A DNA stretch of 64,000 bases from NCBI RefSeq assembly GCF_036321535.1, contig NC_087472.1, positions 98,644,001 to 98,708,000 of the forward strand, read 5' to 3'. Below, piece after piece: positions 40,801 to 55,010 of the stretch (its first letter is position 1; each line of letters starts with the position of its first letter). This DNA comes from Camelus dromedarius. Its lineage: Eukaryota. The notes beneath the pieces were generated by a model, which saw only the letters and a program-made list of their open reading frames with translations, searched no databases and was not told where the DNA came from. A program made the translations under genes and the position numbers.

Positions 40801-42809
40801 TGAAAAAAAGATACTTAGGGTACTTTTTCAAACTACTGACATGAACCTTAGCTTCAGATAAAAATCTCATTTTTTTCCCTTTCTCCCTTTACTCCTTTTA
40901 AGATGCTAGGCTTTAGCAAGCCACTGTTTCTTATAGAAGTGTGCTGCATTTCTTGCAGATAGACCCAGAATCAGTCTTTCTTTTCCTTTCAAAGCAAATT
41001 CTATGAAAGGTTAGTGATTAAATGTGCCGATTCTTTCAACTGATTAGGCTATTCTTGCAATCTAGTTTATGTACCTATTGCTGCATGTTTCTATTTATGA
41101 ATATAGAAGGTGCAATGGAAAACCCTATGTGGAATAATATGTTACATAATGCTATTTTCTGGAAGTAGTTTTTAAAAATGTACCAGTTTACTCTTTGTAC
41201 TGACATGTGGTTTAAGTGAAGTACACAGCAACTGTATAAACAATGGAAACTCATATACTGGAGTCAATATAATAACCCTCATTTAGGATTAAGATTATAC
41301 ATTTAACCCCAGACACTTAGTAAGACCAGCTGTGGGACTACCTGCCATTTTTGTATTTTCAGAATTTAGCTCACAGACGGTATTTAGTACATGTTTACAT
41401 AATAAATATCCTTTGCTTTATTTTAAAACTCAACATAGATTTAAAGTTAGTTTTGTGAGGTTTCTTTCAATTTTGAGAGATATTCTCCTTTCAAAACCTT
41501 TATGTAGTGAACAATCACTAGTTAACTCATTTCTCTCTATAGCTGAACTTTACACTCATCAGCCATAGTCACAAGTAGAATTTAACATACTTTCCTTGTC
41601 TCATTATCACGGAATCTGAGTTGCCACTGATATTTTATGGAGTTAGATAACCATACTAAAGTTCATGTAAAAAAACTAAGGGCAGAATTGCTAATGTACA
41701 TCAACATATCATGGTCATCGGGAGAGAGTCTATTCTTAAATAATACCAGTATGAAGCCATAGTTTTAGCAGTGATGTTTTTAAAAGGAGAATACATATAC
41801 TGGGTGATTAGACAGAATATAGGAGAAGTTATTTCCCCTATGCCTGTCACTTGTGAATGATCATATCTGCAAAATGAGGGAAGAAATGTGCCATTTTAAA
41901 AGGAAAATTTTCTACTGTATGGAAATTTTCTTTAAAAATGTAGACTGAGGTTAAAATCTTGGGTTTTTCTAGTACTTTTGTAGTTTCACTTTTTACATTT
42001 AGATCTCAACCATTTGGAGGATATCTTGTGTATGGTAGGAGGTATGGATCTAATTTTACCTTTATCATATAGTAAATTTTGGTATGTGCTGGGGTCTAGT
42101 TCTGGGCTTTCTAATCTACACCACTCATATACTTGCTTATCCATGGGCTGGCACCATGCTGTTTTTATTATAGAGGCTTTATAATGTTTTAATATCTAGT
42201 AAAGCTAATCCCACCTTACTGTTTTTCTTTTCCCATGTTTCCCGGCTCTTCTTTTTTTATACAGTTTTAGGTTTGATAATTGATATACTCAATCATGAAC
42301 TAAAAGATTCAACAGATTAATTTAAGAATTATGCCCTAAACATAATTAGGATGGTAAAAATTAAATTATGTCAAATAAATATGAAAATTTCACTGTCTAC
42401 TATTTTAGCATGATCTTTTAACATAAATATTTAAGAGCTAACTAAATGTCAGCTATTTTCATGCACTGGAATACTAAAAAATGTATTTTTATTTGTAAGA
42501 TGTAGTATCAGATACATGCTCATTTGCCATTAAAATTTCAGATTAGTTGCTAGACTAGAAATGGAAAAAATCACAAACATAAATTTTCTTTAAAAATATT
42601 AACTCTATTAGGCATCATCATAAATCCAAATATAGCCTTTGGCATAAGGATTTACATTACTTAAACCGAATATGAACCTAAACTAAATCATTCTAAAATA
42701 TTAATGATTTACTCTAATTTTCTCAATTTTATTGGATAAGCAAAACCAGGAATTTTATGTAGTTTCCTTTAACTTGCTATAGGCTTCAATTCCATGTCCT
42801 TACTTACCC

Positions 42810-42905
42810 AAGGACACCACATAGAGTTGTGTAGGTTGTGCACTGCAAACTTGCACAACCATATAGGATAGTAAAAGGCTACACAAGTCAAAGTGGCAGC
42901 CCTGT
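42810..42905. mobile_element. MER91-like hAT MITE
   Basis: atagagttgtgtaggttgtgcactgca...ggcagccctg. Confidence 0.5.
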
Positions 42906-42920
42906 TTTTGCCCTTTTTGC

Positions 42921-44352
42921 TATCAGAGTAGAAAAACACTTCTTAAAAATAAGCAAGGTGTCCAAGAATTCAATTCAACTCAATTCTGACACTATCTACC
43001 CAGAGATAGCATCAGATTCCACATGTAAAGGGCTCAAGTCCCATAAGACTCCCCTCCAATTCAGAGGCTAATCGCAAGCCCAGGTTGTTACCTGTGCTTC
43101 TGACCCACCAGTTACAAACTGGAGGTTCCAACAATCTCCTCCAACTCAGGATGCCAACTGCAAGTCCAGATTGTTACTGAAAATGAGCAGGACCCTGCTG
43201 GACCCTCCCAGGTACAAAAGCCCCTCTGTGTTTCCTGTTTCTTGTTTGTAGAAAAAGGCCTTAGTCTTCTAGGCACTCCAAGAGTTCCAAAGAGCACACT
43301 CAAGCAATTATTAATTAGGGAAGTGAGGGGATGCAGAAACAAAGGAAAAGCAGTCAAGCAAGAAAAGAAATAATAGCTTAAACAACAGTTCAGCAATAAA
43401 ACAGTCCTAGTTCCTAAGACCCCCCTCCGCCCCGGTAGAAGATGATGACTGCATGACGACTACAAGCACACAGACTCCAGATTGGTTGGAATGAGAAGGC
43501 TGATGATTATAAGATTCCCAAAACATCACCCTGTTACCTCGCCATCAACCCATCAGAAGAAAGTCACACACCCTGCTACCCTCACCCCACAAGGCTTTAA
43601 AAATCCTTCCCTGAAAGCGGTCAAGGAGTTCAGGTTTTTAAGCATGAGCTGCCCATTCTCCTTGCTTAGCATTCTGTAATAAACACTGCACTTCACCACA
43701 ACCTCTTGTCAGTAGACTGACTTCACTGCGTGGTGGGCAAGTGGATTCAAGTTTGGTTCATTAACATTACCTCTGCTCCTGATCAACTGGCTATGAATCA
43801 ACGGTTCCCACAACCCCCTCCTTAAGCTCCATTAATTTGCTAGAAAAGCTCACAGAACTCAGAAATATTTCACCTACCAGATTACCAGTTTGTTATAAAA
43901 GAACATAACTCAGGAACAGGCAGATGGCAGATGCTTAGGGCAGGGTATGGGGAAGGGCGAGGAACTTCCAAGTTCCCTCTGAGTAGGCCACTCTCCTCAA
44001 CTCTCCATGTGTTCACCACCTGGATGCTCTCTGAACCCTGTCCTCTTGGGGGTTTATGGGAGCTTCACTACACAGGCACTATTGATTAAATCACTGGTCA
44101 CTGATGATTGAACTCAATCTCAAAGCCCTCTCTCCTTCCCAGGGGTTCGGAGGTAGGACTGAAGATTCCAACCCTCTAACCACATGACTGGCTCCACTGG
44201 CAAGGAGCCCACATCCTTAGGTGCAGTCCAAAAGTCACCTCATTAACATAACAAAACACCTTTATTGCTTCTTAAGAAGTTCCAAGGATTTTAGGAGCTC
44301 TGGGTCAGAAACTGAGGAAGGGGAAATATGTATTTCTTATTATGTATCATAC
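42921..44352 (-). mobile_element. MER21-like LTR interrupted by a second LTR
   Basis: caattctgacactatctacc...gatagcatcagattccaca, ggttcccacaaccccctcc...attaatttgctaga...ctcacagaactcag, aaaagtcacctcattaacataac, tatttcttattat. Confidence 0.8.
43178..43766 (+). mobile_element. ERV1-class solo LTR nested in the MER21-like LTR
   Basis: TG...CA ends with TTAC on both sides (43174-43177, 43767-43770); TATA-like ctttaaaaatcc near 43596; AATAAA at 43678. Confidence 0.8.
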
Positions 44353-45859
44353 TCCCTGAACCCACAAGTGATATTTGTTTGGCTTTGATAAAGGCCAAAA
44401 TGAATCATCTCTGAGCCGGATCTTAGTACAGTTCATATTACCAGCATTTTGGTTAAGCGTTTGTAGAGTTAGATAAATATCAAGAAATATGAACATATAT
44501 TATTTCCAATTTAAAAACCCTCTATTTTTGACCACATAATACAAAAAGTGAAAAGGTTGCTGCCTACACGTACAAATTTCAGCTACTGGACTAGCCTTTC
44601 AGTGGGCTATACAACCTTCTCACTTTTTCTTTAATCATTTCTTAACCCAGTTTTCTAAGCTCATTCATTCTAATACTATTAGTATCGCTAACATCCTGGC
44701 TTACAATAAAACTCCTAATTTAACAAATCACTGCTCAGAAAAGATACATCTTTGCCAAAAGGAACAAGCTTGAACAATGCATAGCTGTGGCTTAAAATCC
44801 AAGGTGTTAATAAGAGGGACTAAAAGAGTTTAAAACTGTATTTGCATACTTCTACTACTGCAAAACACTTGTAAAGAACTAAGGAAAAAAGGAGTGACTA
44901 AAACATATAAAAGTTTTTAAATGTTCTTTCACTCACTCTTCTCATTCATAATGAATCTTCCAAATTTAGGCAAGTTTGCTCAAAAATATTAGGAAAATTT
45001 ATTCATATAAAATGGTATTTCCTGTATATATTTTGATTTGGTTTTTCATTCAGGCAACAACCTTTGTACTTTTAGTTAACAGAAAAGCTTTCAAAATGTT
45101 TAATTTAAACAAACAGATAAAAAGAAAGTCTCTGCTCCTGAAATTAAATAAAATACATCTTTCTTAGGTCTTAAAAGGGAGGAAGAAAAGAAAAACTTCC
45201 TGCCCTGCCCCTAAATTTACATGTGAGATACAAGTCAAAGAGTAGTAGTTATCTTAGATCAGGTTTTATTAGTTGGGCTGATTTTATTTATTAGCTCATT
45301 CACAAATATTTACTATATGGGTGTGCCAGATACAACTCTTAAAGTCTTCTGAAACTCAGACACTTATAAGTCTGAATAAAATACTATATATAACCAAATG
45401 AAAACATGTGGACTTCTACATTTCAGAAGTATGATATTTTTTAATGGTTAGAACAGGATTATTCAAGAACATTAAGGCATGAGTTGCATAATCAGAAATT
45501 TTTGTATGAATAGGCCATGTTGAGTTGAATGGTCCATTCTTAGCAAAGAGTCTTGATTCTCACTCAAGTGTAAATTAAGTGCTTATGGAATCTTTATGTC
45601 TATTTTCATCTTTTCAGTCATCTTTTCTTTTTCTCCAGTTTCATTATGTAACTTCAGTAAAATTAAATTAGAATGGCTTAAAAAATACCTCATTATTTAC
45701 ATTCAGTGTCAATTATAGTAATTAACTATTTGCAGACTAGTGTTATGGCACCTGGTGATAACAAGAATAACTTTTGTCCAGTTCCTACTATGATTTTTGC
45801 ATATAGTATCACCCCCTGACTACAACCCTCTTTAATGGGTGATGTTAGTAGTTTTTATT

Positions 45860-46085
45860 TAGAGCCAATGTTTATTTAGAACTTACTAAGTATTAATGAC
45901 TGAGGTTTGTCTTTTGCATAGATTACTTCATTTAAATCTCAGTTTTCTTTAAGGTAGGTGTTATTTCCGCAATTTAAAAAGGAGGAAGAGTTTATTATGT
46001 GCCCAAATCCATACAACCAATAAGCAGCAAAACTAGAATTTAAATCTTGGTATATTTAGCTTCAAAGTCCACATTTTCCCCACTG
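45860..46085 (-). mobile_element. MIR SINE
   Basis: ttatttagaacttacta...ttcatttaaatctc...aaggtaggtgttatt...tgcccaaatccatacaac...cttcaaagtccac. Confidence 0.65.
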
Positions 46086-49000
46086 TAATACAGTGACCAC
46101 TGGAGCAGACTGCTGGAGGTGGTTAGTTATACATGGTGATGGTGGACACGCCTGACAGGAGTTTAAATTAATGTGATCAAATAGTATAAATAATTCTGAC
46201 AAAACTTAAAATTAGAATGGGGACATTCTGATCACCTAAGGAAAAGAATAACTGAACTATCAAAAAGGTTTTTATGTTATACCCCAATGTTTATAAGCAA
46301 CTTTTAAAAATAGCTAATTATGTAGCAACACGTTATATTTTACTATTAAAAAACTAAGCAATCCACATACAAATAAAAATATTACCCAACCATACAGAAT
46401 TAGCTCTGATATAATTACTAAATTATGTGTGTCAGGTATGACTACAAAGAGAGAGAGAAAATTGTCTCTAAAACAAATTTCCTTTCATTTGAAGGATATA
46501 CATACAATTAATTTTCATGTAAAAAATATAAGGGATAACTTGAGGATGTACATTCAAAAAGAAAGAAGCCATTCAATTAAAGGTTTCGTTTGTTTTTATA
46601 AGGTACTTATTTTAGTCATACTGACACTGAAAACGATATTAGTAAAATACCCTAAAGTGGTATTTATGCTTTAAGGTTGTTTATTTGAGTAGGTGGAGGT
46701 AGGCAGTTTCTGGTTCCAAATTTTATTGGTATTTATGAGGGCAATCAACCAAGTTTTCTAGTATTGTATTACTGTTCCACATAATTGCATAAATACTTAA
46801 GATATACATATAAATTAGAAGTTAAGCAAATATCTAGGTTAAATTAACAGCTGTACATATACGACAGACAGATAAGGAAAAACATTAAGGGTCATATTCC
46901 AGTGTTTTCGGGTTGTTGAGACAGGTTAACACACTAAAAAAATATAGGAACAAGACCCAATTCTTTAGCTCTTTACCCTACAAGGTGCTTTAGTTTTACC
47001 ATGTCAGCTTACGTTAAAACACAATTACAAATTTGTGAACTAAGTATAACTAAATTAATAATTCAAAACTGCTCGTTCAAGTAAGTCATACTCCAGCTTT
47101 TACACTCCTTAACATTAATTTTTCCTGGGACTTAGACATCAGAGAAACATTTCAGTTACACCATGTGCCGGTTTGCTATTTGTCATGGAACATGAAGAGC
47201 CCAGGTGGCTGCCAATGATGCAAACTTTTCCTACTGGTCCCAGAAGCATGACTCAGTGCTTGTCCTGAGGTGACCACACTTCTTATGGTGGCAGGAAAAG
47301 TGTTATTATTCCATCTTTGACAGCAGCTATCAGAAAATGTGCATAACGCCACAGTTCATTCTCAAGTGATTAAGTTACATAATTCTGACTTTCTTAAAAG
47401 GATGACAAATCTTTAAAAATACAGTATCTAAAAATTAACATGTAAAAGAAAGCAATTCCTAAAGGACAGCAAATGCCATTAGAAAGAAATTTAGAATAGA
47501 AAACACACAACAGCATTTCAGTGGTGAAAGAAAAAGTACTTTCACATTTTCATCTAGTTACTGAATAGTTGACAGCACACCTAAAACAAGAGAACTAACT
47601 ACACACATATTAAACTTGAAAAAAATCCATTTGTTTCCATTTTGTTAATTTATTTAGTCACTTCTCCCTATTTGGCATTTATATGTTTGTTAAAAAATAA
47701 TTACCGAAATCTCACTATGGTAATGAAATTTACTTACCTTATCAAACCACAGATAAATGGAGATGTCACACTGCGAAGTTACTCTAGATTTTAAATAAAC
47801 ATTCCTTGAAATCAGAGACTCCAACTGTTGAGGCTTTAACTAACACTGAGATATAGAAATGTTGGAGAGAGAAAGAAATGAGAACGGAATAAACGATGCA
47901 ATATCTACTAAATAGAAGGAGGAAACAACATTTAAAATAGGCGCCAAGGAGGACATCACAACTAAGTGAACTCTACGAACAAATTTTAAAATAATTCAGT
48001 GGCCTTGGTCTTTCAAACACACTTTTTGATGTATCAAAGACAGCTATTTATATTTAGTAGGGACCAATTTATTCTACTATATTAATTCCAGTAGTATGAA
48101 TGAGGTTACTTAAGTTATATACAGTCGAAGACCACAGGGTCAAAAATTATTCCACATTTAGAGTTTTAGGTGCATGGATATCATTCATAATTAAAATGGC
48201 AAATTATTAAAATAAGTGAATTGTAATAGACTACTGAGTATAGCAAACCACTTACTCGGTTCTAAACAGACCACAAAATCTACTCTGTGTTCAGATTTGG
48301 GTTTAATCCTGTTGCACTAGACTATGCTAACAAACTCCAAAGCATTAGAAAATGAGATTTAAAATCACTGAGTCATAGCACACAGAGATTAGAAGACCAT
48401 CAGAAGTTTTTCTAGCAGTTAATAGCATTTTAACTACCTATAAATGGGGTTTGGCATTCTCTGAATCTTACATTTGATTATGCGAAATGAAATCTAAACC
48501 AAACATTCTTAATGAGGGGATTATTCTATGAAGTAGGCTTGTTGCATGTGTTAATCAAGACGTGCTCTAGCTTTGACACCAGTGATCAAAAGAATTCGTT
48601 CTCTTTTGTTCCTAACAGAGATGTCCTTATAACAATAAAAAAATCTATGTATCATACCCTTTCTGAACTTCCATGTAGTAGGTTCTTTTTGTAATTTTGT
48701 TACTAGAAAGATATGTGAGTCTAGACAAGTCCTTTAACCTCTGAGCTCAGTTGCTTACATGTAATAGGATGATGGCACAGGACCAAGAGATTTCTATAAA
48801 TTGTTTCTGGTTTTAACTTTCTATCAATTCATCTCACAGAGAACAAGAGTGTCAGTGTACAGAGAAACTAAGCATGTTCTTTTATAAAAGAAATGTTACA
48901 AACTGTTTTAACTAATGATGTATTTCAATAAAGGCACATAAGAACTGCATTTCAGTTTGTTTCAACTTTGCCTATCAAATATAATTAAAACCATAAATGT

Positions 49001-52000
49001 TAAAGGTCTATAAACAAAACTAAATTTTGTTAAGAATTTAAGAGATGTACTACATTCATAAATACAAAGCTATATGGTGCATTTGCACATATCTAGAAAT
49101 AACTTATAGAACTATACATTACACAGACCCTGATTTTAAAAGGATAATTAAAAAATGAACACCAAGAACAAAAAGCATTGTTTTTTTCCCAGCTACTCCA
49201 TATCAACTTGTACATACTACATATTCTAATTTGTTTTCCTTGGTATTGTGAGTGCTTCTGTAATTCATATTTTTATTTTTACACAGTAGGACTTTTTAGC
49301 CATCTGAATTTTTTTTTTTTTTAAATACTACCAAGGGGTAGGCAGAGAATGAGTATGGGGAGTTAGAGTATCCAAGGGACCAGAAAGTATTTGCTCAATG
49401 ACCTGCTTGCTAAACTTGTAAGTTACTGTTTTCAGTGATGAAAGATTACAGAAAAAGGGAATAAAAGGAAAAAGGAAAAAGGAGAGAAATTTGTAACCTA
49501 GTATCTTATGAATTTGCCAACCAGAATTTGTAAAAGTAATCTGGCACTGATGGCCTAGACTTGAAGAAATCAGATCCACCTACAACATCAAAAATACACC
49601 TTCTGCTTTTGTTACGTAACAAGTCTTTATGTAAAATATATGAAGTTTTATGCCTGGCATTCAATTGAAAGTACAGAAAAAAATTAAACCTTCTAAAAAT
49701 TCCTAAGTCCCGAATGTCACTGAAGTAGATAGAAAAAGAATCAACAATGCTCATCATTCATGGCTTCTAAACCAAATATGAGAATGAAATAAAAACTTAG
49801 AATCAGAGTATCTTGGAGTTTTAATGGAGAACATATCACCCAACATTCTTTCATAGCAAAGAAAATCAGAAGTCCAAACTATTTACCTTAGGTAACTCTG
49901 AGGGAAGCACAGCTGTCTCAATCACATGCTCTCATGTTTTAAAAGTCATTACTTTGGTTTAAAATTTACATGGTTTTAAAAAATGAGTTATAAATGGCTC
50001 AGGGACGACCACAACAAATCCAAAGGGTCTTCAAAGTTTGAATGAAAGAGTAAAATTTGACACAGTGTTGTCCCCTGTCATTAAGACACATATAATATCA
50101 AAAAGATGCAGAAAAAGTAGTAATAACAACAAAATCATGGAGAAAAATAATTCTCAAAGGCTTTAAAGTCAGCATTGTTACACTGTTACACTGATTAAAA
50201 GGAGGCTGTTAATCAATTTGTATATTTAAAAAATTATTCTAAACCAAATTTTATGTGTGAGTTGAAATCATTTACATGAAGTGCACCAATGCTGAATACA
50301 TGGAGCATTCTTCCAACGAAAACCAAAGTGCATGTCAAAATGTGAAACCTAAGGGGAAAAAAACTGCTGATAATTTTTTAAAAATCGAGCTTACTAGCAT
50401 TGGTAAAGTATACTTTCCAACAACCATTCTATAATATAAAACAAGGGAACTAATTTGTAGTCTTAATGCTTCTCAATTGTTCTCAATCCAAATACCATTT
50501 GTGACACATGAATGAGAAAAGTCATTGTTTTGCCAGTGATTCTCTCTTGTTTTCAGTGATCCAAGCTCAAATGAATTGGTTCATTTGTTTCTGACAATTG
50601 ACTGTTTCTCCTATGAAAAGTCAATACATTCTTAACACTTAAATGGAGCTCTAGTGTTCATAAGTGCCTGCTATTTTCATTGCACAGATTCAGTGTTTAA
50701 TAACTTTTATCACCATGTATACGCTTATGATAAAACTCTTATATTCCAATCTTCTGACAATGGCTGAGAAGTGGAATTTCAATGATTATGAACATTTTGG
50801 TAAAATAAAGGTGAGAAGTACAAAGAACCATGATATGCAAGGTCTACCACTGAGATGAGACTTTATACTGCTTCAGACTTAGCCAGGGATGGTGGAGCAA
50901 CAAAAGCAACTCCCTAGGACCTTTGTATTGGGTTCCCTGGCAGGAAGAGGAAGATATATCATTCCAATAATTAGGCTGAATTACTTAAGTGATCACTTGA
51001 CTCACATGAGGAAAAAGTTGTCTGGAGAGAAAGGCTCCAATAAAGATGTTGGAGGAAGAAGTGCCTATACACAAAGGAAAAGAGTTTTCAAGAGAGTCAG
51101 CCACCTGAAATTCATACTCTACATATATTTTAAAATCAGTTAGAATCTTCCTTGTATGCCGTGTCTTAAGGCAAACATATGTGAACTATATTCAGTGATT
51201 TATTTCTAAATTGAGATACTTAAAAAATTCTTTTCCATAAAGATCAGTCTAAAATCCCATTTAATAATTAATAAACTATTTTTGCCAGTGTCAAAATGTT
51301 ACTCCATTTCTACCCAGACTACATGTTGACTATTCTTCAGAATTCCCTATAAAGCACATTTTCCTTCCCTCATTTTCAGATAAAGAAACTGAGGGCTTGA
51401 GAAGTGAAGAGATGAGTCTAACATACATGACAGGACAGAATTTAGTTTGGACCACAATTGGAGAGACTTCCAATTCCAACTGAATACTAGAGATAATTTG
51501 TATTGTCTTACATACAGTACTTCCTACTAGATATTTGTCCCTTTAATCTTTTTTTTTAAATTCATCTGTATGAAATGTAGAGATGGAGGAAAAGAAGAGT
51601 AGGGTAGGGTAGGGGAATGAATCTTTTGGCATGGCTACACGTGATAAAGATGTTTTCAGCAGCCTTGAAAGGCATCATCTGGCATTTCTATTTGGGAAAC
51701 TAGAATATTAAATTCATGGCAGCCTACAAGACAGTGGTTACCATACAATGATTACTCTTAACTTCTCTGAAGAACTCGTGTCCATCTGCACTCTGAAAAA
51801 GCTTCCAAGTCTACTTCTCACCATCTGTATTCCATAAATCATGCAAACCACACAATTTACTTCTACCATTCTGTTTTTAATTATTATGAGACTATCTGTA
51901 TTATAGCAATAGCTAGTCATCCTAAATCTGTGTACTTTTGTTATGAAAAGCATCATTGATAAGTTGTGAAAACAACTTCAATCTAAATGTTGCCCACCTA

Positions 52001-53344
52001 TCTTGGGACAGAGTCTATCCTGGGATAGATACTGAAGAATCTTGGAAAGTCAACCTATCTTTACCAATCACATTCAAAGATAGCTTCAAGTCCTTGATAC
52101 TAAATGTACAATCTACACTGATAGTTTTTTTTTAATTTCTTTAAATGCAAAGCATTCTTACTAAAACAAAACAAAGCAGTAAAAACAAAACAAACTCTCC
52201 TTTCATTCCTATGAGCACAGCTTAAGAAAACACCTTGTACAAAAAACATCTCTGTATTTCACAGAGAAGACATTCATGCATATCTAAGCTGGTAGTCACC
52301 AGAGCATAAAGTCAGGAAAAGAAAGGAATATTTAGCAGCAAGCCAGGGAGACATTTTCACATCAACATCAGAACTTCACACTTTCATAGGGGTGGATTAA
52401 TAACAAAGAATCAAGTAAGTTGAAATTGTGATAAATATAACATTTCAATTTATTGTGGCAAGAAAAAATGTATCAAGTTAAAACATTAAATTCCTGGTCA
52501 CAGTTTTACCTACTTATTACCAGAGTCTGTAACTTTTGGAATTTTCACACCAGTAAACTAGAAAACAAGGAAGATCTTAATAAAAAAAAAGATACAGGAA
52601 TAAAGTGCAAGTATTAAAGTAGTTCTGCTTTGAAATCAAATATAATTTCTTAGAGAAGTGACCAAAGGATGTCAAGTTACAGCCACTCTCATACCCAAAA
52701 CTCAGCTACTAAACACATAACATGACCCCATAATACAATGAAAATAAGGTGTTACATTTAATGACAAAAAGAAAAATGGTGACTTCTTTGCAGAAAAGCA
52801 ATGAGAAAAGGTCATTTAGTTATATTCAATTTCAGCATATCTGCCCTAGGCAAATACCTGTTCTAAGTAAATATGCGTGCATATTTATAAACACATTTAT
52901 ATATTCAGCTTAGAATCAATTATTATAAACCACACATTTGCTCAAAAATTTTCATGCTTTGTTTAACATTCCTACACAGTGTCTGCAGGAAATAGAAACT
53001 ACAGTTTGAAAGTGTTGGGAACCAGGCTTTGTTAACAAGGTTTAGAATAGCACACTCTTCTGTCCAAGAGTTTAACTGCAAATCTGTTAGCAGTGAGGTA
53101 AAATACGTAAGGAGTTGAAGCTAACTTTTGGTAGTCTCTATCCTATCCCAAGCACATTCAGTTTCCATTTCTTGCTAATCATTTCCTGATTAGCAAAATG
53201 TTTTTAAAAAGCTAATCAAATAAAAGATCAATTTCAGTAGAAGGGAAACCAGATATAACAGTCATTCAAAAAAATTTTTTTTCATGTGGAAGAGCATGAG
53301 ATTTACATAGCAGCCAAGTGGTAAGGCTGAGGTTCTTGCTGCCA

Positions 53345-55010
53345 GGCCAGGGCCAGTTTTGCCTCTTGGAAGCATTTTGAGTACTGTGAGGAGTTTGGGG
53401 TTATCACAACGATCAGATTACCGAATGACTGCTAGATCAACGGGTGCTAGATCAACAGTCCCACACTGAAGAACTCCTACATTCCACATGGCTTTTTTTG
53501 TTTACATTTGAAAGAGCTTATTATTAACATTCACAGAGAGGCAAATCAATGTTACTTCACATGAGATTATTGCTTATATTTTAGTATTAACAAATTTGAA
53601 AATAAATTTAACTTTGATTTTTTTAATTTAAACTTTTTCCTTCACAATAGTTTTAGGTCTACAGAAAAGTTGCAAAACTAGTCCCGAAAGTTCTTCTGTA
53701 CTTCTCATCCATATTCTGTTATTAACACTCATGTTACTGTGACACATTTGTCAACTAAGGAACAACACTGCTGCTAACTAAACTCCACGCTTCATTTTGA
53801 TTTCACGTTTTTTTCCTAATGTGCGTTTTCTGTTCCACGATCCTATCCAGGACACGATAATACAAATAATCCTCATGTTTCTTTAGCCTCCTCTGGTCTA
53901 TGAGTTTCTCACATTTTCCTTGTTTTTGGCAACCTTGACAGTTTTGAGCAGTACTGCTCAGTTATTTTGTAAAATGTCCATCAATTTGTGTTTGACTAAT
54001 GTTTTACCCATGGTTAGGCTGGAGTTCTGGGTTTTGGAGAGGAAGACCACAGAGGTGAAGTGCCATTCTCATCACATATTAACGGTACATGCTATCCACA
54101 TGACTTATCACTGATGAGGCAAAACCCTGAGCACCTGGCCAATATAGTGTTCACTAGTTTCCTTCACTGTAAAGTTGTAGCTCCCCTTCCCACACTCTCT
54201 TCTTGGGAAACAAGTCACTAAGTGCAGCCCACAATCATGAAGTGGGGAGTCAAGTGTCACCTCCTTGAGAGGGGAGTATCTACATAAATTATTTGGAATT
54301 ATCTGTATGGGAGATTTTTCTCTCCTCCCTCATTATTTATTCAGACATTTATTTACATCAGTCTGGACTCATGGCTATTCATTTTATACACTGAGTTATA
54401 ATCAAACAGTACTTTTGCTGCTCAAGTTGTGCCAGCTTTAGCTGTCGAGAGTTCTTTCAGAATGGCTCCCAAGTCTTTGACATGCCATCATTGTGGTTTC
54501 TGAACACTTCCTTACTTTCTGGCACAAGATACTCCAGGCTCATCTTAAACCTTCCTTCCTCAGCTCGAGAAACTGCCATTTCTCTGAAAAGCTGTGGTTC
54601 CTTTTAGCATGACTTTTAAATGCTCAGTTGGGATTATTAGAATGACATATCAAATGAGTCTGGCCTGTTATCAGTTCTAGTACTCATTTTTATTCCACTG
54701 TATCAATTCATCTGCTCTTCCATTTTCTTGTACTTATGTGGAACAACTTCTGAACTAATTGTTTGCTTCTCTTAAATCCAGATATGATCATTACAAATAG
54801 GCAAACATACCACTGTCTTTTTCAAGAACGGTCATATTGATCACCTACATAAGCCTATCTTTTTATAAATTATTTTTCATTTTTATTACAATAAGGGCAG
54901 TAGAGAATTTTTTTAAATTATGTGCGAGGTAGGTTTTATTATCTATGAATTTTATTTCAAGAGACATTAAATAATATCTGTCATGTAAAGGGGGTACTGC
55001 ATCCAAAGGA
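53345..55010 (+). mobile_element. MER20B-like hAT element, split by an L1 insertion
   Basis: 5' part cagttttgcctc...ggttatcacaacga...gtcccacactgaagaac; 3' part ttattacaataagggca...ttattatctatgaatt...aagggggtact. Confidence 0.5.
53615..54607 (-). mobile_element. L1MC/L1MD-type 3' UTR
   Basis: tttaggtctacagaaaagttgcaaa...aactaaactccac...ttctgttccacgatcctatccagga...ggaagaccacagaggtgaagtgccattctcatcac...cttactttctggcacaagatactccaggctcatct. Confidence 0.85.
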
